Source: Lama glama
Lineage: Eukaryota
DNA length: 64,000 bases
Assembly: GCA_028534125.1 (NCBI GenBank)
Contig: CM052818.1
Location: 3,536,001-3,600,000, forward strand
Reading direction: 5' to 3'
In this document: positions 50,171 through 63,420 of the stretch, piece by piece
Layout: the number at the start of each line of letters is the position of its first letter
Numbering within the stretch: the first letter of the stretch is position 1
The notes under the pieces: generated by a model
Database searches by the model: none
Seen by the model: only the letters and a program-made list of their open reading frames with translations
What the model was told of the DNA's origin: nothing
Made by a program: the position numbers and the translations under genes

Positions 50171-52569
50171 CAGCATTGGTAAATTCTGTAGATTTTGTAG
50201 GGTGGCCATGGGAAGTTCTTCTGAGGAATTATGACTTGAGCAAGGCTTTGAAGAATGACAGGTTTGACTATTGAAGAGTGAGCAATTGAATAAAAAGACA
50301 AACTAGAAAATATAGAGAATGCTTAGGAGCCATAGAACAAATCAGCTGAAATAGTATATAGACACTTGGTTCCTCATTGACTAGATTCTTTTTATAGAGA
50401 CATTTCTGAATATGAAGGACTAAGGCAGCCCTGTCCTTAGGCTTGGATCCAATACATTGGATGAGTACAGTCATCATCCCTACCAGTATAGGAGGATGGG
50501 GATGGGGGGACTTGAGTAATTAATTGCTCTGCTCCTAACCTGCTTCCTGCCCCGGCAGAAAGGTAAATTGCCTGTCCTTCTCTAGAGTTGGAATGCCCAG
50601 GCTCGCTTCCTTGCTTAATCTCCATGAGCCTCACTTTGTCTGTCTGAGGGACGTATTATTATATTGTTATTATGAGGATTGAATGAGATAATCCATGTCA
50701 AGTGTTGAGACAGTAGGACTTGTAATAGTAAAAGCTCAGTACATGGTAGCTGTTCTTTGTAGAACCTCTTAATTCGATTGGGAAATATTAGTGTTGCTTT
50801 GTTGAAATTATTTTAGATTTCTAAAGTGAGTATATATTCAGGATAGCTTGACTGTTTCACTTTGTGTAAATAGATTAAACTGATGAGCTTTGTAAAAAGC
50901 TGTAGGTGGTGGAAATATTTGCCTGCCTCAGCCTTGTCTTTGGGGAACAAATCTTCCCTGAGAATTCTTAATCGTAAGAGCATATCCACGCAAGTTGATG
51001 GTCATAGTTCACACTATGCCTGTGTGGCTAAAAATCCCAAGGTCAGAATTAGAGATTAAAGTGATTGTAGGTTATTGGTGCCTCAGGTACATGAGTATAT
51101 CACCTCTGAAAGAATAATAGACTTTAAACTCGGGCCTCCAAGGCTTCCCACAGATGAATTCCAAGGAACATGCGTTAACAGTAACAAAACCCCTCACAGC
51201 AACACTGTGAGTGAGACTCAGTAAGAGTAAGAAGCAATAAACTATAGAATCAGTTTACAGCGAAGACTTTAGATGTTGGATTTAGCAGATACAGGCTATA
51301 AAAGGAACATTTTTTATAATGTATAATATAATTTTAGAAGAATTAAAAGAAACAATAGACATAATAATTGACAAGATATTTTTAGGAGAACTAGTAGCAG
51401 TAGTAGTAGGGGTCTGGGTATTTGGTGGCTTTTGTCTTGTTTCTGACCAACTAACACATTCACAGACACACACAACAGAGTATCGGATGCATTTTTTTTT
51501 TATTTTATTCTATTTAACCAACATTTTCTATACCGAGCACTATGTTAGGCTTTGGTAAAGAAGACTACAAATATCTGTGCTTGTCCTTAAGGAGCTTATA
51601 GTCTACTCTTGCCTTTGTTTTCCAAAGTTGATCAGTCTTTGGAAGGCTGAAGACAAAAGACAATGGAGACTACAGACTTACTGACCTAACCAGATTTTTT
51701 GGCTGCCATTTTACTGCCCACGCATAGCCAGGTCTGCCCTCCAGCTACCTGGTCAGTTCAGTTCACCTGTGCTAAAAATTAATACATCTTGAGTTCAGTA
51801 GTGCCCACTGTGTTGGAGTTGTTATTTCTTTGGCAGAGTCCTTCGATACCAAGGATTTCTCTAGGTTCTGGTCTTCGGAAGCTCCTTTCTACGCAGAACT
51901 CCTAACTCACAGCCCAAAGAATTCATCTATAAAAATATAAGGATAATACTTTAACCAGAGAGCTGTGCATTTGCCCACAGGTCTTTAATCACTCTGAGAA
52001 GTAACTTGAATATAGGAAATATTTGTTAATTCTGAAAACCCTAATGTATTATAGTAAAGAAGGTGACGTATGTGTTTATAAGGCCTAAGTGAAGTAATCG
52101 ACATCAAGAAGAAAAAAATACTGAAGGAACATAGGGAAGGAGCGACAGTTGTCTGAGTGGAGGCTTGAGGAAGTCTTCAAAGAAGAGGTGGCATTTGATC
52201 TGGCGTTTGAAAGATGAATGGGATTTTGGTAGTTGGATAAGGAGGTGGTGATCATCTGGAACATTCTAGACTGAAAGAAGAGCACAAGAAAAGATAACAG
52301 AGGCTTAAAAGTATAAGGACTGTTTCTGCAGAGGTGAGGAATGTGGCTAGAAATCTAGAAAAACAGGACTCGTTTCCCCTCATGAAACCTCCTCTTTTTG
52401 CCCCCTCCACTCCCATTTCACCCTGTTGCTCTGCATCTCCTTTTGTTCCACTTGGAATGATCCCTGTTGAGATACTTGGAGGAGAGTAACTTTCCTATGC
52501 ACCTTAATGAGATGATCAGAAATATTTTATTTATGTGTACGCAAGCCAAATTTTCACACACATTACTAA

Positions 52570-52731
<162 letters not shown>

Positions 52732-54027
52732 TAAGCTTTTCCTCTTTGCTCGGAGTTTTATCCATTGTCAGATTAGCAGTTTTACTTCCAACTTATGATT
52801 GAGAAGGTCAGGGTTGGGGGACAGTGGCGCTAGTCAGTTGCCCCTCATCTCAGTGCATCATGTTGGCAGTTGGGTTGTTTGATTTTTAAGGGGAGGGTGG
52901 AGAGGGGGTTCACAATCATTGATGAATAGAGTAAAATGAAGGAATCTTACAGCACTTTCTCAGCGGTCCTGCGATAACTGTACATAGATCTTTTGATTTA
53001 CGTCACATAGCCCTTCAAAATAGTGCACACACCATAGACGTACTGTGGTGTTTCTAAATGGGATCATCACAGCTGTGGCTTTACCAGTCAGTTGGCTGTG
53101 CTTTTTTACTGAACCCTTGATTGCTGTGTATCCCTTCCTGTTCATGAGGAGCTCACCTGCAGTCTAGTGAAGATACTGGTGAGTAGGGCAGTTGAAATCT
53201 CTGCAGATACTGGATCACTGACTTCCGCGAGAAAAAGCTTCTTTAAGACTTGTGACTCCAGTGAGAACCTGACCCGTTTTCCCTTCTTGTCCGGAGTGTT
53301 GGATTTTTCCCAGACACCAGCACTCACTGCTGCTGCTAATAAGTCGGCAGTCTGGAGCTCACACACTTCCTGATCCTCTCTGTCCTTTCTTGCATCACCC
53401 CTGGCAACCACGCCTGGGGTGGGAAGACTTCCGGTCCAAGATGACGGGCACCTAAACCACAGAGCTCTAGAGACTGAAGCAGTGCAAGTCACCAGCCTGG
53501 TACCACCGAGACTCTCCCTCTGAAGATGAGCTTGTGCTTCTCTTGTCTTAAGCCAGAGATAAGAGGAAAACTTGTTTCAGCCCTGTTCCGGCAGCAAAGG
53601 CCCACCCGCCTCCCAGCCTAGCCAGGGCCCACTTTCTATTCTCCTGAGTGTCCCAGCCAGTATTACATCTGTGTGTCGAGCCACATGTAAGGGGATTACT
53701 GCATTTACAAGCAAATCCGCCAAATACAGTATCAGACAGCAAGAATTTACAGGAGAAGATTTTGTTGTTTGAGGACCCAAGAAAATTGCTTTCAGAGTTT
53801 ATTTGATGCCTTAGTGGCTGCATTCCCACCTGCTCTTAGATTGGAAGGACTGTAGCTAGAGCGTGTCAGGTGTGTGCCAAGGACAGCTCTTCATTTCACC
53901 TGCGCTAATGTCCCATACTCTTCTCCAGAGTGCTCCCCGGGAACTAGACTCTGCTAATAGATATATTTTATATTTTTTAAGTATTTCTGCTACCCCTGGT
54001 TTTTAATGATAGCATTGACATATTTAA

Positions 54028-54147
<120 letters not shown>

Positions 54148-54628
54148 TAACCTGTCCGCATCTCAGATGTCAGCAGTCTTGGCTGCAAACTCCCAAGTCT
54201 AATCTAGACAGTGCCAGAGCCAGAGTGGCCACTGTGCCATATCATTGTCTACTTATTCCTCAGGGTTATCCTTGACTCAAGGTGCTCAGACAATGCTTCT
54301 TGAAGCAGGTCCAAGAGGATTCCTTGAGAGCTCTGTGAAAATTTTTCAGGGGACCTGCCCACCATTTAGGTGGTTTTCATATATGTGTTACTGGTTCTTA
54401 AGAGCAAAACCAGCTGGAATACTTGTTTATTGGAGCACAATTTGGTAATGATGGTAGAAATAACATAACTTAGCGGGTAAGTAGTGGTGTTGGGTTCTAA
54501 ATTCAGGGTTCTAACAGGTAAATAGTGTTTAGATCTAGCAAATGTGGATGATGCCAGTATCTCTCAGTAGACCCGTTTGCAGTTACAGTAAATAAACAGC
54601 TAGGAGCAATCTGCTTTTTTTTTTTTAA

Positions 54629-54808
<180 letters not shown>

Positions 54809-56084
54809 TGATCTTTAGGAATGAATTGGAGATAAAGGGACTAGACCCCAGGAGTGATGAGTTGAATGCCAAAACAGAAGTCAGTTGGTAATGATTAGTC
54901 ACTCCAAGTTCGTATAACAATGTCTAGTTAGAATGGTGAGTCTTTTTGCTAGAAATCGGAACTTGGTTTCACACCTGGGCCAGCCTTCTGAGCAGAAACC
55001 CTGACTGTGCTTTGAGGATTACAGTGCCGTTCTGCTCTCCTGCAGTCTGTGTGAAAGCTCTCTGGTATCAGGGGAGCCTAGCTGACTCATATCAAGCGAT
55101 ACGAGAGTCTTCTTTGCAAAACTGGAAGCAACTCCAATTAGAATGATTGCAGTGCGTTGGCTGAAGTGAATACATAATTAAGACTGTGTAGCTCTATGGA
55201 ACTAGGTTTCTCCTCCCATTTAGGTCAATCATTGGATTTTGATGAGAAGCATTTAAACTCAGTGCCTTGTTTGAAATTTTTTTTTGTGATTCCCCACTCT
55301 TTCATGTTGTCTTAGTAAGCGTAAGTCCTGGTGATCATTAACCAGATGGTAGAATAAGTAATCTTTGCTCAAACCCCTGTACTAGAATGCTGAAGAAATG
55401 AGATTTTTGTTATTTTTTTACATTGGTCAAAACGTTTAGTATCTGCATTTTAACCATTATGGATTATCAATCCTGTGCAACACAGTTTGGGTCCTAGATG
55501 GGGATACACTGGAGAAAATAGAAGAAGCAAATGTGATGCCGGACATCTGACATCTGTTGAAGGTCTACCTGTACTTCATTTAATTTTTAAAACCCTGTGT
55601 AGTAAATATAATTATCCCCATTATACAGATGAGGAAATGGAGGCTGAGAAAGTATAGGTAACTCATCCAAGTTAACATAGTTGGAGCTTCTAAGTGACTA
55701 CCCATCCCACTGTACCAGGTTTATCAATCTGTTTATTAACACAGAAGCTTGAGGCAGTATTTATAGGCATGGAGTATGGCATTTAATGGTCGTTGGATTG
55801 TTTTCAGAGGTGAAGCACTGTATCTGTGCTAGAAATGCAACTATGTAAGTGAGATTTGAAGGAAATATGGGGAAAATGGCCAAAATTGATGCTAGAATGG
55901 TAGGATTTTTTTGGTTAAATTTTTTTTGTTTGTTTTACTTTTGTGCAGCAAATTCATATGAGGAAACGCAGCTCTTTAGGAATGTCTGTAGCATGAGATC
56001 TTTCCTAGCTCTGACCTATTTCACTTTACAAATTATTTCACGGATCTGCTGTCACCCTTACCCACGGGTGTGAAAATAAATTTC

Positions 56085-56840
56085 TTGTCATTACACCTCC
56101 CACCCTCCTTTCACTCCCAATACAAGGTTCCCCTCTCCTCTTTTCAGTTTCTGTCAGTGGTGTCACCATTCAAGTCTGGAAGACTGAACTGGAAGGTATC
56201 CTTTGGGTCTGGCTCCGAAGACAGAGCAGAGTCCGTCGTTTCCTAAGCGGCATTAATGCTTTCTTTGAAGTTTCTCCTGTTTTTCTTACTTTCTCTCTGT
56301 TCTCGTCACTGTCACCATAGGGTAGACCCACCCTGTCAGCTCCTGCCTGCCCTGGTGGATTGGCCACCAGCCCCTCCTCTCCCTCAATCTGCCCTACCCA
56401 CCCTCACCACGAGATTAGCTTATAAAATGCCACCCTATCATGTCCCTGTTCGGTAACCTTCATGGCTTGCCAGTGGTCCCCTGTATTCTGATTCCGTCCC
56501 CCCACTCAACCTTACTTCCCTTTATTCTCTGACAAGGAAACCTCTGCCCTGTCCTCTTGGCTGTTTCCTTGCAACAAAGCATTTTCTTCCCTTGCTCAAG
56601 TCCCTCTTTGCGCAGACCGTTTACTTACCTGGAATTTTTTTTTCTCTGCTTTTCCCTGACTGACTAGATTCTTTCCTGCCTTCAAGGACCAGCTCAGCTC
56701 CTGCCTCATCTGCAGAGGCCTTCACAAGACTGTGGCCTCCTCCATCTTTTCTCAACTTAGTGTCCGAACCGTTCATTTGATTACTTAAGCAATAAACTGC
56801 CTTACATTGATGTTTGCATGGAGATGTATATGTGTGTTTG
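56085..56840 (+). mobile_element. L2 LINE 3' fragment
   Basis: Pyrimidine-rich L2 text such as tcctgccttcaaggaccagctcagctcctgcctcatctgcagaggccttc. Confidence 0.65.
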
Positions 56841-57394
56841 TCTTCTGCAAGATTTTTTTTCCTGAGGATTTTTTCCAACTTCAGAAGGGGCAGAAGCTTG
56901 AAGGATCATGAAACAGACACGTGATCTGTAGATCACGGTAAAAGTAGAAATGTATTTGTTACCATGTAATTTCTTTTAGATTGGAAATCAGCTAATATCT
57001 TCAACAACAACAGGATAAGACGTAAATTCATGAAATTTGAGTTTTATTTATAATTATCAAGAATAATTATTTGTCTAGCAGATAGTATGAAAGAAATAGG
57101 CCAGAACTTGCTAGGTACCAGAGTATGAATGTGGTAACTTTCACCCTGAGAGCTTGAGTCCGTGGTGTGTGGACACAGAAAGTGAACATAAGTATTTTTG
57201 TTACAATTCAAAAACCTTGTTATTTTCTTGTGGGTGTTTAAAATACTAGGAAAGTCAGAGCTTCCCTTTCTGAGGGAGGAAAAGAGCTAATTTTACAGTC
57301 TAACTTTTACAAGAAATACAAATTAAAAAACAACAATATTTTTGTAATAGAGAAATTATGCTCCTTAGCTGTTGTGCTAACTTTCAGATATTAA

Positions 57395-57601
<207 letters not shown>

Positions 57602-57620
57602 TAAATAAATATAGAAATCC

Positions 57621-57700
57621 CTTGCGTGAGGTCGTGGTTTCAATCCCCAGTACCTCCTCTAAAAATTAAATAAATAAACCTAATTACTGCCCTCCTTCCC
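57621..57700 (+). mobile_element. 5'-truncated tRNA-derived SINE (Vic-1-like), about 100 bp downstream of exon 9
   Basis: gaggtcgtggtttcaatccccagtacctcc...taaataaataaacctaattac is the reverse complement of the - strand copies. Confidence 0.85.
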
Positions 57701-59430
57701 AAAATGATAAAACAGAGGCAATTATACTGAAAACAATAAAACAGAACAACACCCTAGGGATTGAGTTGAACATTTTGGGTACAGATTGACCAACCCGTTA
57801 TCAAGTGCCTAGCTCCCTGAGAGCCACGTGCCTGTTGTGCGGACCGGAAGGAGCCGGGCAGGCTGCTGTCCTGGGCCAGGGCCCTGGACCTGCCCCGTGC
57901 CTGTTGGAACATAAGCCCCTTGTCCCTCTTCTCCTTCGTCGCAGCAGAGCTTTCCTGATTTTGCTTCTGTTGTTGGCCGGTCTCTAACTCACGCTCCTTT
58001 TCTTCTCTCCTCCCGGCTCACATCAGGCTGCAGGAATGTTTCCTCCGTGAAGTAATCCTAAACTCTACACTCAGTTTCCAGGGTACAGTGCTGGAACACC
58101 CCGTTTACAGTGTTGGCATATTTTCCATGTCATAGTATGATTCAGCTTTCTTGACTATTTTACTAATGGGTGCTCTAGTAAATCATTTCTAATCTGAAGT
58201 TGTCTTGCTAGTTTTCCCAGTAGTGAACGTCTGATGTCACTATGGGGGCTTGAGGATGCTAGTAAATAACACTTCTCTTCCCCGCCCACATTCGGAATCA
58301 GGTGTGGGAACCATTCAGGTGGAGCTCAGCATACGGGCTTTATTGTGAGTAAGCTTGAGTCAGAGAATGCAGCTTGACTCCCTGACATTAGAGCCACATG
58401 ACTGAGCAGGAACGCTGGTTCCCCAGGGACAGGCACTTTCACAGAGGAGGGCGAGCCGGGCAGGCTCTCTTTTCTCTCCCAGTCTTAACAGTCAAATGAG
58501 TTACCCCTTCCCCTGGGAAGCGGAATGCTTGGAGGGTGGAGGAGAAGCTAGGAGAAATCTTCTAGCAGAAAAAATCCCCCTACCTGAAAACATGCAGGAA
58601 ATGGAGCTACCTCCTAAAAGCCACTTTCATTACTCGTATTCCACATTTCAGGTTTCCCAGATTAAAACAAGGGGTACCGTACGGTAACCTGACATGACGT
58701 GATTTCTTTTGCTGTCCCACTTTCCCGCTCATAAAGTTAAATAACGCAAAATGTAATTGAAAGCATCCAGATTTGATAATTCCTTTTCAAACAGTAAGCT
58801 TCACAAGTCTCAAGCCATTTGGCCCTTGCTCGTTAGCAGTAAGCCGTGGTCTTGGGGTGAGGGGCAGCTAGTGCTCCCCCAGAGGCACCGTTAGATGGAC
58901 GGTGCAGAGTCCAGGCCAGAGCTCTGCCTGTCTGGTGGATGGAGGGGGGGCCTCACGTGCTGGGGAGAGGTGCTGACTCAGAAACCAGCCCCACGGCGGC
59001 TGCGGTGTTCTCCCAGCCTCCTCACTGGACGACCAGATGCATCCTGGCTGGGCGCACTAGTCAGCTCCAACTTCTCTAAGATCTGGAAGAGAGCTTAAAT
59101 AGTCATAGTCCGCTTACCGACATCTCTTTCCATGCCTTTCATAACATCACTTCTCAGCTGTGCTGTAGGAAGAGGAAGGTACTGAGACCAAGCCCCAGTG
59201 CCTTTGCCTGGCGCAGAAGGTTGAGAATGACAGGGTGGAGCGTGCTGTACTCAGGCTGCTGTCCGCTTCTCGGGTACTTTGCTTCCCCAATGAGGGCTGA
59301 GTCCAGTGAGGTATAATTTGGTTAATTTCCTTCCCTTCCCAGACCAGAGATTGGGGTCTGGAAGACACCAATGTGTATTTCCTTTGGCCCAATCATGCCT
59401 GTTATTCTTTTACAAAGAAATCTGTGGGGT

Positions 59431-59752
59431 GAGGTTTGAGAAGTGGGTGAGATGGGTGGAGGGAGTCAAAAAGGATAAACTTTCCAGGTATAAAATGAGT
59501 AAGTCACGGGGATATAATATACGGCATGGTGACTCTACTGAATAATACTGTACTGCAGATTTGAAGGTTGCTGAGAGAGTAGATCTTAAAAGTTCTCATC
59601 ACAAGGAAAAGAAGTCTATAACTACGTATGGTAATAGATATTAACTAGACTGATTGTGGTGATGGTTTTGCAGTCCACCCAAATATTGAATCAATTATAT
59701 CACACACCCGAAACTAATGTGATGTATGTCAGTTACATCACAATTTAAAAAA
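59431..59752 (+). mobile_element. L1MA9-like 3' end with a 17-bp TSD, immediately upstream of exon 10
   Basis: gttgctgagagagtagatcttaaaagttctcatcacaaggaaaa...gaaactaatgtgatgtatgtcagttacatcacaatttaaaa. TSD aaagaaatctgtggggt (59414-59430) and aaagaaatctgtgaggt (59753-59769). Confidence 0.9.
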
Positions 59753-59798
59753 AAAGAAATCTGTGAGGTCCTTTTAAATTTTTCTTTCAATTCTCTAG

Positions 59799-59878
59799 AA
59801 CTCTCCCATTCCTACAAAGCTTCCTGAACCAGTGAAAGCCAGTGAGGCAGCTGCAAAAAAGACCCAGCCGAAGGCCAG
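59799..59878 (+). CDS. AAK1: AAK1 coding exon 10 (80 bp): NSPIPTKLPEPVKASEAAAKKTQPKA(R)
   Basis: Acceptor ttctctag|AAC and donor CCAG|gtaaga. In frame with exon 9 and matches the AAK1 post-kinase linker as I recall it. Confidence 0.96.
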
Positions 59879-60324
59879 GTAAGAAGTGCCTTACTGAGTA
59901 TGCGTCCTCCTCCAGTTGCTGGAGGAGCAGGGAGAGGCGTCTTGTGTTTCTTGATTCTTACACTGCCAGGGCCAGAGGCTGCACAGAACAGGAAAGGAAG
60001 CTGTGTCTCCCTCAGGGAGAAAATTTCTTTGGGAGTGCTAGTTGGAGTTTAGTGCAATACAGTGATCTACATCTGAAAGAGACTGGAGAACGCCACAGCT
60101 GTTTTCCTGTGCTTGGGAACGGGCGACAGCAGACCTTAAATACCGCTGACACCAGAGTGTCCTAAACCCGTGTCCTGGCCTCTGTTTAGCCTAGTTCACC
60201 ACCCTTGTCTCCACCTGCCTTTCCTTCGGACTTTCTGTGGCTGCAGCCACATGAGGGAAAATACAGGTCAAAGTACTGAGTCCACAAACAGCAAAAAAGC
60301 CTGTGGATCTTAGCTGATCACATT

Positions 60325-60760
60325 CTATGTAACCTAGTTCTTCCAAGAAAGCAGACCAAGAGAGGAGTCAGGAAGCTGGGTTTTACTTGGGAAAATGCCC
60401 CTGTAAGAGAAAATAGGGAGGGTGTCAAGGAACCTGGGGGAGCCGTCAGAAAGCGAGTAAGTCTGACCCAGAGACAGGGAGGAGAAGGTTGGCTTGAAGA
60501 GACCTGGACTGCCACACACTGTAAGGAAGGTGCATCAAAAGTGATGGGGTGTCCTTTTCTTTAGGAACGGATCTGCCTGGATGTCCCTGTGTCTGGGACA
60601 TTAAGGCTGAGAGCAGCCTATGGGAAGTGTGGCCTCAGGGCAAATAGGGCAGTGGATTTCAGGAGCGCAAGAGCTGGGGCACTAGGTGTTTTACACTCTT
60701 GTCCTTGAAGGTCTTGCAAGGCACGTCCTCATGGCTGCCACGCCTTCCAAATGGTAGACT
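60325..60760. mobile_element. Old MaLR LTR (MLT1-like)
   Basis: ttcttccaagaaagcagaccaagag...ttttacttgggaaaatgccc...ggctgagagcagcctatgggaagtgtggcctcagggcaaa. Confidence 0.6.
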
Positions 60761-61265
60761 CTAAGGGTAGTCCAGATGTCTCTACCCCACTCTTCCACCA
60801 CACTCTCACAGCAAGGAAACCTTAGCACAAACGGTATCAACAAAGCACCCTGATGGAAATATGTGAATTTTAATACAGCAGTAAAATAATTTCTGTGTGT
60901 TAAAAAGTTCTCCAATATTTGTAGAGTGCCCGTTATGTGCACTGGACTATTGCAGACATGGCTCTAAACTAACAGACTTTGTTTTTTAACAAACTTAGCC
61001 AACTGTATCCATGCTGTTACTTTATAGCCTGTTTATTTTTTAGTAAGCCTACCATCCTTACCCCTAGGAATTGCTTTGGGGGCTGATTTAATTACCTTAG
61101 TGTTTGAGGCTTATGGCCGTCTTGTACTAGGCCCAGACATGGTATGTAAGGAGGCTACACAAAGATTCATTCCCACAAAGCACACGCATTTATAAAAATT
61201 GTAATACGCATTGACACTTGAGTGGTACTCTGTTGTATAGAACGGAAAAAAATAATACCTACATC

Positions 61266-61571
61266 AAAAAAAAAAAAACTATTGGCCTGTAGTTTTCTTT
61301 TTTGGTTGGTGTCTTTGTCTGGCTTTGGCATCAGGGTGATAGTGGCTTCACTGAATGAGTTTGAGAGTATTCCCTTCTCTTCAGTCTTTTGGAAGAGTTT
61401 GAGAAGGATCGGTAAGAGCTCTTCTTTGTATGTTTGATAGAATTTCCCAGTGAAGCCATCTGGTCCTAGACTTTTGTTTGCAGGGAGGTTTTGCTGTACA
61501 CCAGAAATTGACACAATATTGTAAACTGGCTATTCTTCGATAATCTTATATATATTTATACACACACACAA
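61266..61571. mobile_element. 5'-inverted L1: antisense RT-region fragment fused to a sense 3' terminus, with a 12-bp TSD
   Basis: ORF 61167..61514(-) includes PANKSLGPDGFTGKFYQTYKEELLPILLKLFQK...FSEATITLMPKPDKD. The sense 3' end tgctgtacaccagaaattgacac starts at 61492. TSD aatacctacatc lies at 61254-61265 and 61572-61583. Confidence 0.92.
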
Positions 61572-61829
61572 AATACCTACATCGTGAGGCAGATACGAGC
61601 ATCGAACGTGTCTGTGACTATGAAACTTTTATAAACTCTAGGGTGCCCAGACGAGTAGTTTGTATGGACCTCAGTAACACCACAGGAATATATACACCCC
61701 ACAGCCAAGAGATTTGGGTCTGAGTTGCCCTATGTATCACTTGCAGTGATTTCGTTTACATTGTGATTATTTGCCCCTCCGCCCCGAGAGGCGGGTTTTT
61801 CTTTCCCTGTTTCTAAAGTAGCCACTGTT

Positions 61830-62430
61830 CATTGAGGCATCACGTATACCAGATACCATACTAGGTACTTGACATAAGTAAGGTGACATTTTCCCCCCTT
61901 AAAACAAACCTGTGGGGCTCTTGCTGTTCTCACTTTAGAGATGAGGAAACAGAGACAGAATTCTTAAGGGGGTTTTTTTCTTTCCTTTTTTTTCAGAATT
62001 GTTAAGTTTAGAGATGAGGAAACAGAGACAGAATTGTTAAGTCAGTTGCCCAAGGCAGTCAGTCAATCCGTGGTTAGTACAAAGACCCAGAACTCCAGCA
62101 TCCACATTCTTCCTACCCTGCATGTTAAGAGGTTTGCCCAAGATCACACGGATAGGACAACTCAGAGCCAGATCTCCTGGCTTCGGGGTTTGTATTTTCT
62201 TGCAAAATTTGAGGTCCCTTCGAAGTAACATTTTGTGCACTCTTCAGTTTATAAAATGGTTTCACAGTCATTGACACGTTGGATGTTCACACCCACCTCA
62301 TAGTGTGGGTATTATTGTCTCCATTTTACACGTAGGGGAGCCAAGGCTAAAGAGGTTCAATGACTTGCCTGTTATCACAGTTAGTGGGGAGCTAGAGTTC
62401 AAATACAGTTTTCTTTGACTCCAAATCCTG
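61830..62430. mobile_element. Two MIR SINEs (other MIR fragments lie at about 5215-5360, 7440-7620, 16150-16260, 50620-50755 and 55550-55690)
   Basis: MIR core variants ttagagatgaggaaacagag...ttaagtcagttgcccaagg and ccattttacacgtaggggagccaaggctaaagaggttcaatgacttgcc. Confidence 0.75.
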
Positions 62431-62969
62431 TTGTTTCTATAAATGTTGCCCTTAGGAGACCAACGTGGAAGTTCTTGGCATTTGGTTTTCTGCAGAAGTC
62501 TGTTTACCTCCCCGACTCTTAGCTTGATCTTTCTTACCCCTTTCTCCTCTTTATCAGCATCCATCCTGTTTTCCTTTCCACCTCCCTTGCCCAGGTCACA
62601 AGCTCCCCAAATGTGACAGCTTTTATATTACCAGTTCTCTACCCAGCGCAAGAGCAGGATGCCGTGAAGTGCCTCAGGGTCCAGGACGGGCACACCTTGG
62701 AGGCACGTCGTGTGGAGGGATGTGGGGCTGGCCGCTTTGCTCCCCAAGTGGTCTCTTACAGAGGCTGTGCCAGGCATATTCTGAAAATACTCATTAAGCT
62801 TGTTTATTTGGGGCTTCACCTCGCCTATTACTCCCTAACGTGTATTTTCAAAGGACAACCACTCTGCTCTGAGTGAGGGTGTGGCCAGCTGCCTGCGCGG
62901 CTCTAAATCAAGGGAACCTACCACCTGGGCTTTGGCCCCATCACAAGGAGCAAGTGAGCTACACCCTGT

Positions 62970-63420
62970 TTGATTTGGGTTAGATTTGGCCATGAGTACC
63001 AGAAAGTGCAAATGACAGTGGCTTATATAAGATAGATTTTTTTTTTTTTTGCCCTTTCAAGTAAATGACATCTCGGGGCAAGCAGTCCAGGGCTGGTATG
63101 GCACTTCTGTTCCACAAAGCCCTGAGGTACCCAGGCTTCTTTAAGCTCATCACTCTACCATCCCTATGGTTGTGGCCACGTCCTCATGGACCAGTATGGC
63201 AACATCCCTCTTCAAGGAACAGCCGAAGAAGAATAGAGACAAAGAGCATGCACAGAGTTTCTTAAGATTTCTAGAAACCGCCACACAGCAATCTGTTTAT
63301 ATCCCACGTGAGGTCAGAACTCACACGCATGGCCACACCTGATTACGAGTGAGACTGGGCAATGTGATTTTTATTCTGAGTGACCCTGTGCCCGGCTGAA
63401 AGTTATATGAGTACCATGGA
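62970..63420. mobile_element. MaLR LTR (MLT1J/I-like)
   Basis: acagtggcttatataagataga...gcagtccagggctggtatggc...acccaggcttctt...catggccacacct...gagactgggcaatgtg. Confidence 0.7.

Noticed and set aside
58675..58686. Perfect 12-bp palindrome taccgtacggta with a nearby CRE-like tgacgtga
   Set aside because: About 15 palindromes of 12 bp are expected by chance in 64 kb, and there is no other support.
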